A DNA stretch of 41,685 nt from Actinomycetota bacterium. GTDB lineage: Bacteria > Actinomycetota > CADDZG01 > WHSQ01. Under the pieces are notes generated by a model. The model saw nothing but the letters and a program-made list of their open reading frames with translations, searched no databases and had not been told where the DNA came from. The stretch covers positions 1 through 41,685 of the forward strand of contig JBOGWZ010000001.1 in assembly GCA_050694075.1 (NCBI GenBank), given 5' to 3'. Shown one piece after another: positions 37,331 to 41,685 of the stretch (positions are counted from its first letter, which is position 1; each line of letters starts with the position of its first letter). The position numbers were made by a program, and so were the translations under genes.

Positions 37331-38683
37331 GTGATCGTGATCGGGATGGGGGTCGGCGGCGAGGAGGTCGCGGGGCGCTGTGCCGAAGGCGGCATGAACG
37401 TGCTCGCCGTCGAACGCAAGCTGGTCGGCGGCGAGTGCCCCTACTGGGGATGCATCCCGTCGAAGATGATGATCCGCGCCGGCAACACGCTTGCGGAGGC
37501 CCTGCGCGTTACGGGGCTCTCGGGGAAGTCCGAGATATCACCAGACTGGGCGCCGGTAGCCAAGCGCATCCGCGAGCAGGCCACCGATACCTGGAACGAC
37601 GCGGTCGCGGTCGAACGTCACGAGAAGAAGGGGAGCACCGTGCTGAAGGCACCGGCGCGGATCGTCGGCCGCAACGAGGTCGAGGTGGACGGCGCGCGGA
37701 TGAGCGCCCGCCGCGGTATCGTGATCGCGACCGGCAGCGAGCCGGCCGTGCCTCCCATCAACGGCATCTCGGACGTCGAGTTCTGGACGAACCGAGAGGC
37801 CGTCGAGACCGAAGAGGTCCCACGCTCTCTGATCGTTCTGGGGGCGGGTCCGATCGGACTCGAGTTCGGCCAGGTGTACCACCGCTTCGGCAGCGATGTG
37901 ACCTTCGTCGAGCTGGCCGACCACGCGCTACCGATGGAGGAGCCGGAGAACGGTGACGCGATCGCCGAGGTCCTGCGTTCGGAGGGCATGACGCTTCACA
38001 TCGGCGTATCGGCGCAGTCGGTGAAGCGCAGCGACGGGGGCACGGCGGTGGAGCTGTCCGACGGCCGCGTGATCGAGGCCGAGCGCCTGCTCGTTGCCAC
38101 CGGGCGACGCACTAACCTGAGTGAGCTGGGGATCGACGCGGCCGGGCTGGACCCCGAGGCGCGGGCGATCGAGGTCGACGAGCACATGCGGGCCGGGGAC
38201 GGGCTCTGGGCCGTGGGAGACGTCACCAGCAGGGGCGGGTTCACCCACCTCGCCGTCTACGAGGGGCGCGTGGCCGCCGCCGACATCCTGGGCCAGGAGA
38301 ACCGTCCCGCCGACTACTCCGCGGTTCCGCGCGTGACCTTTACCGATCCCGAGGTGGCAAGCGTGGGACTCACCGAGGCGCAGGCGAAGGAGCAAGGTAT
38401 CGAGGTGAGAACCGGGGTCTCGACGACATCGTCGTCGTCTCGCGGCTGGATCCACGGCCCGGGGGCCGAGCACGGCGTCACCAAGGTCGTCGCCGACGCC
38501 GACCGCGATGTTCTCGTCGGCGCGTCGACGATGGGACCGGCCGCCGGCGAGGTGCTGGGGCTGTTCGTTCTGGCGATAAAGGAGAAGATCCCGATCCCCG
38601 CCCTGCGGGATTTGATCTATCCGTATCCGACTTTCGTTCGGGGCGTCGAAGATGCCTTCCGGATCCTCGTCGAGGGCCGCTAG
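37331..38683 (+). CDS. Class-I pyridine nucleotide-disulfide oxidoreductase (LpdA/Mtr/MerA-like flavoprotein disulfide reductase)
   Basis: VIGMGVGGEEVA (FAD), the redox-active GGECPYWGCIPSK (CxxxxC), a second Rossmann motif LIVLGAGPIGLEFGQ, ..ATGR.. and ..WAVGDV.., plus a dimerisation domain. The C-terminal YPYPTF replaces the HPT/E dyad of lipoamide dehydrogenases. The start is uncertain (see findings). Confidence 0.88.
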   Translation: MIVIGMGVGGEEVAGRCAEGGMNVLAVERKLVGGECPYWGCIPSKMMIRAGNTLAEALRVTGLSGKSEISPDWAPVAKRIREQATDTWNDAVAVERHEKKGSTVLKAPARIVGRNEVEVDGARMSARRGIVIATGSEPAVPPINGISDVEFWTNREAVETEEVPRSLIVLGAGPIGLEFGQVYHRFGSDVTFVELADHALPMEEPENGDAIAEVLRSEGMTLHIGVSAQSVKRSDGGTAVELSDGRVIEAERLLVATGRRTNLSELGIDAAGLDPEARAIEVDEHMRAGDGLWAVGDVTSRGGFTHLAVYEGRVAAADILGQENRPADYSAVPRVTFTDPEVASVGLTEAQAKEQGIEVRTGVSTTSSSSRGWIHGPGAEHGVTKVVADADRDVLVGASTMGPAAGEVLGLFVLAIKEKIPIPALRDLIYPYPTFVRGVEDAFRILVEGR

Positions 38684-38716
38684 GCAGAGGCAATCGGCTC
38701 CTCCCCGGAGGCGTCC

Positions 38717-39241
38717 GTGAGGGCGATGGACAATCTGCGCAGAGGTGCCCTGGTGGCGGTAGCGGCCCTGGCCGTCGTGCTCGTCGCCGTTCTGCTGGGC
38801 ACGGGCGGGGATGGCACGGTCGCAATGGGAGAGTCCGCCCCCGAGCTGACACTGACCGACTTCGAGGGCAGCCAGTTCTCGTTCGCGGATTACGAAGGTA
38901 CGCCCTTGGTCGTGAACTTCTGGGCATCGTGGTGCCCGTTCTGCGTGTCGGAGATGCCCGATTTCGAGCGGGTGCACCAGGCTCTCGGCGACGAGGTCGT
39001 CTTTCTCGGGGTCGACCAGCGCGACCGTCGCGACCGAGCCCTAGAGCTGGCGCGCCAGACGGGCGTCACGTACCGCTTGGTATGGGACCCTCGGGGAGAG
39101 GTGTTCGACGCTTTCGGCGGGCCGGGGATGCCGACCACGGCCTTCATCGACGCCGAGGGCACGGTGGTGGAGGTCATCCCCGGACAGTTGTCGGCCGGAC
39201 TCCTGCGCGACCACATCCAGCGGAATTTCGGGATCGGTTGA
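38717..39241 (+). CDS. TlpA/ResA-like membrane-anchored thioredoxin-fold protein (WCPFC)
   Basis: N-terminal TM (ALVAVAALAVVLVAVLL) and ..PLVVNFWASWCPFCVSEMP..GMPTTAFID... GTG start after GGAGG. Confidence 0.88.
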   Translation: MRAMDNLRRGALVAVAALAVVLVAVLLGTGGDGTVAMGESAPELTLTDFEGSQFSFADYEGTPLVVNFWASWCPFCVSEMPDFERVHQALGDEVVFLGVDQRDRRDRALELARQTGVTYRLVWDPRGEVFDAFGGPGMPTTAFIDAEGTVVEVIPGQLSAGLLRDHIQRNFGIG

Positions 39242-39242
39242 C

Positions 39243-40445
39243 ATGCGCGACGACATGTGGGCTCAGGCCCCGGGCGAAGGGACCCGCAGCGCGGCGTGGA
39301 AGGTAGTGCTGGCGCTGGTGCTCGTGCTCGGATTGGGGGCCGGGTTCGTGGGGGTCATCCTGGCGGGGGAGGACGAGGCCCCGCAACCGCCTGCTTCTCC
39401 CGTCGCGGAGGACGAAGAAACGGGAGCCCTGCCGGGTGGTTTCGACGAATCCCGGATCGTCACGGTGCTGTCACCGGATGCGATCCCGGCGCTCACCGAC
39501 CCCCCGTTCCAGTCCGTGTCCGATGTCGATTGGCTCACTTCGGAGGAGCCGGTGATCGCGGTCGAGCTAAATGGGGACGCGCGCGCCTATCCACTGCAGA
39601 TCATGACGTGGCACGAGATCGTCAACAATGACGTCGGAGGAACGCCGGTCACCGTCACGTTCTGCCCACTGTGCAACACCGCGTACGCGTTCCAGCGTCC
39701 CGAGGTTGACGGCAAGGTGACCACTTTCGGCACGTCCGGGAAGCTCTACCACTCGAACCTCCTGATGTACGACCGGGCCACGGACTCGCTGTGGCCGCAG
39801 GCACTGGGTGTCGCCACGACCGGAAAACTCAAGGGAACGGTGCTGGAGCGCGTTCCCGCGCAGATCGTCTCGTGGGAGGAGTTCCGGGCCACGTTCCCCG
39901 AGGGAAGGGTCGTGTCCCGGAACACCGGACACACGCGCAACTACGGAGAGAACCCCTATCCCGGCTACGATGACATCGACAGCCAGCCTTTCCTTTTCGA
40001 AGGAGAGGTCGACGGCCGTCTCGCCGCCGTGGAGCGTGTGCTGGGGATCGAGGGCAGGGGAGCGATCACCGCCTTCCCGTACTTCCGCCTGAAGGAAGCG
40101 GCCGACGGTGACCTCGTCGCGATCAACGCCGAGGTCGGCCGCACTCCCGTGATGGTCGTGTGGAAGGAAGGGACGCGGTCCGCACTCAACGCGACCTCGA
40201 TCGCCGAATCGAAGGACGTAGGCGCGGCTTTTGCCTTCTCTCGCAAGCTCGGCCAACGTGTCCTTTCGTTCGACGTGGTCGGCGGCAAGATCGTCGACCG
40301 TCGAACGGGCAGCACTTGGAACATCTTCGGTCGCGCCACTTCGGGTTCGCTGGAAGGGGAGAAGCTCGCGCCGGCCGACGCGCACGACTCTTTCTGGTTC
40401 GACTGGGCGGCGTTCCATCCCAACACCCAGGTCTGGGAGGGATGA
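39243..40445 (+). CDS. DUF3179-family protein with an N-terminal membrane anchor
   Basis: TM (VVLALVLVLGLGAGFVGVIL), ..IPALTDPPF.., ..ARAYPLQIMTWHEIVNNDVGGTPVTVTFCPLCNTAYAF.., ..GTSGKLYHSNLLMYDRATDSLWPQ.. (pattern recalled for DUF3179). It starts 1 nt after the TlpA-like stop. Confidence 0.8.
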   Translation: MRDDMWAQAPGEGTRSAAWKVVLALVLVLGLGAGFVGVILAGEDEAPQPPASPVAEDEETGALPGGFDESRIVTVLSPDAIPALTDPPFQSVSDVDWLTSEEPVIAVELNGDARAYPLQIMTWHEIVNNDVGGTPVTVTFCPLCNTAYAFQRPEVDGKVTTFGTSGKLYHSNLLMYDRATDSLWPQALGVATTGKLKGTVLERVPAQIVSWEEFRATFPEGRVVSRNTGHTRNYGENPYPGYDDIDSQPFLFEGEVDGRLAAVERVLGIEGRGAITAFPYFRLKEAADGDLVAINAEVGRTPVMVVWKEGTRSALNATSIAESKDVGAAFAFSRKLGQRVLSFDVVGGKIVDRRTGSTWNIFGRATSGSLEGEKLAPADAHDSFWFDWAAFHPNTQVWEG

Positions 40446-40446
40446 G

Positions 40447-40968
40447 ATGGCGCGGCGCCCCCACGACGACTTCCTGGCGGCGACGCTTCCCGCCCTCGAC
40501 CTCGTGTACAACCTCGCGCGCCGGATGGTGGGGGGGTCGGTGGAGGTCGAAGACCTCGTCCAGGAGACCTACACGCGCGCGTTCCAGGCGTGGTCCGATG
40601 GCCGCAAGCCACGCAAGGTCGAACCCTGGATCGCCACGATCTGTCTCAACGCGGGCCGGAGCTGGCTCCGGCGCTCGTCGCACTGGCGTGAGATACCGAC
40701 CGAGCACGATCAGTCGATGGCCGACGTGACGGACGTCGAGGAGGAGGCGATCGACAGGGTCAGGCGCACCCAGATCGACCGGGCGCTCTGGAAGCTTCCG
40801 GAGGAGCAACGCGTCGCGATCTCGCTGATGGACCTGTGCGGTTTCACGGCCTCCGAGGTGGCTCGCATGACGGGTTCGCCCCGGGGGACGGTGCTGGCGC
40901 GTGTGCACCGCGGCCGCAAGAAGCTCGCGGTCTTGCTCGAGAGGAAGGAGATCCGTCTTGAGCCATGA
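40447..40968 (+). CDS. ECF-type RNA polymerase sigma-70 family factor
   Basis: Region 2 (VEDLVQETYTRAFQAW..PWIATICLNAGRSWLRR) and region 4 (LPEEQRVAISLMDLCGFTASEVARMTGSPRGTVLARVHRGRKKL). ATG 40447 is in frame with the over-extended track ORF 40231-40968 and starts 1 nt after the DUF3179 stop. Confidence 0.9.
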   Translation: MARRPHDDFLAATLPALDLVYNLARRMVGGSVEVEDLVQETYTRAFQAWSDGRKPRKVEPWIATICLNAGRSWLRRSSHWREIPTEHDQSMADVTDVEEEAIDRVRRTQIDRALWKLPEEQRVAISLMDLCGFTASEVARMTGSPRGTVLARVHRGRKKLAVLLERKEIRLEP

Positions 40969-41641
40969 CCCCGAGCGCAGCGCGGCGGAATACCTGGGCG
41001 GGAGCATGTCGCGCCGGCGCCGTCGTTCGTTCGAGGCCCACATCCTCGAGTGCGAGGACTGCTGGAGCGAGCTCGAGCTCGGCCGCAGTGGCCGCACGGT
41101 GGCGGAGGCCGGCAGGGAGCTAGCACCACAGTTCCTGAGGGAGCGGGTGAGGGCTTCGGTGGAGGCACTCGAGTCACGCCCCCACCGTCTTCGCTGGCGG
41201 ATGTCGGCGGGGCTCGTCGTGGTTGCGGCGGTGGCGCTGTCGGCTGTGCTCTGGATCGCCGATGGGGGACAGCCTCCCGCGATCGATGCGATCCTGGCCG
41301 ACTTCCACGGCCAGGCCCCACTGTCGGCGGGGGCCCCCGCGCGCCTGCCCGATCGCCTCGGGGACCTTCGCCTGGTCGAGGTCAGGGCCGGGGATGCCGC
41401 CGGCCTCCCGGTGGTCGAACACACGTACGAGGACGCCGCGGGCCACGTCGTGAGCGTGTACCAGTCCGAGGCCCGCTTCCCCGTCGCCCAGGGGGCAGAT
41501 CACTCGGCGCGGGCGCCCACCTGGACGGCGCGGCCCGAGGGGACGGTGATGTTCTGCTCCGATTCACCGATCCCGTCGCTGGTCGTCGGCGACGACCGCC
41601 GCGAGGTCATCATGGCCGCGACCGAGCTCGACCTCCGGTGA
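40958..41641 (+). CDS. Membrane anti-sigma factor with an N-terminal HxxxCxxC (ZAS-type) motif
   Basis: FEAHILECEDCWSEL (H-x3-C-x2-C), a TM (MSAGLVVVAAVALSAVLWIA) and a ~110-aa extracytoplasmic C-terminal domain. TTG 40958 lies 7 nt after GAGGAAGGAG and overlaps the sigma gene 3' end by 11 nt. Confidence 0.8.
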   Translation: MSHDPERSAAEYLGGSMSRRRRRSFEAHILECEDCWSELELGRSGRTVAEAGRELAPQFLRERVRASVEALESRPHRLRWRMSAGLVVVAAVALSAVLWIADGGQPPAIDAILADFHGQAPLSAGAPARLPDRLGDLRLVEVRAGDAAGLPVVEHTYEDAAGHVVSVYQSEARFPVAQGADHSARAPTWTARPEGTVMFCSDSPIPSLVVGDDRREVIMAATELDLR

Positions 41642-41685
41642 GCGCGACCGGCGCCGAATCTCGAGTCGGACGGGGGGCCGTGGCG

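Overview
GC-rich chromosomal window that looks Actinomycetota-like from protein signatures (EF-Tu, RpoB, an Rv2466c-type DsbA-like protein). The taxon cannot be verified here. All identifications rest on motifs I recognise in the translations, on gene order, and on my own reading of the DNA. No searches were run.

(1) Left edge, 1-331, minus strand: the 5' part of an IS481-like transposase. It runs off the window and is absent from the ORF track. A perfect 15-bp inverted repeat follows it.

(2) 590-34587: one uninterrupted, co-directional (+) array of about 50 translation and transcription genes: secE-nusG-rplKA-rplJL-rpoBC-rpsLG-fusA-tuf-S10 operon-spc operon-secY-adk-map-infA-rpmJ-rpsMKD-rpoA-rplQ-truA-rplM-rpsI.
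- Several ORF-track entries are over-extended at the 5' end (rpoB, rpoC, rpsL, fusA, rplD, rpmC, rplE, adk, map, infA). I re-assigned those starts.
- rpmJ (37 aa) is missing from the track and was added by hand.
- Many of these proteins carry long low-complexity tails: NusG, L10, L22, S3, L17, L29, L30, L13 and RpoC.
- truA has no canonical start codon for its conserved N-terminus. A CTG overlapping the rplQ stop is the best candidate.

(3) 34680-41641: a redox-themed accessory region containing zwf, a convergent SRPBCC gene, a DsbA-like gene, a class-I flavoprotein disulfide reductase, a TlpA-like thioredoxin, a DUF3179 protein, an ECF sigma factor and a membrane anti-sigma factor with an HxxxCxxC motif.

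Most interesting signal: the DsbA-like gene (36626-37216) has an in-frame TGA exactly where the family carries its catalytic Cys (FDPL-TGA-PWAW). A stem-loop lies 17 nt downstream. This makes it a candidate selenocysteine-containing oxidoreductase rather than the truncated 130-aa ORF shown in the track.
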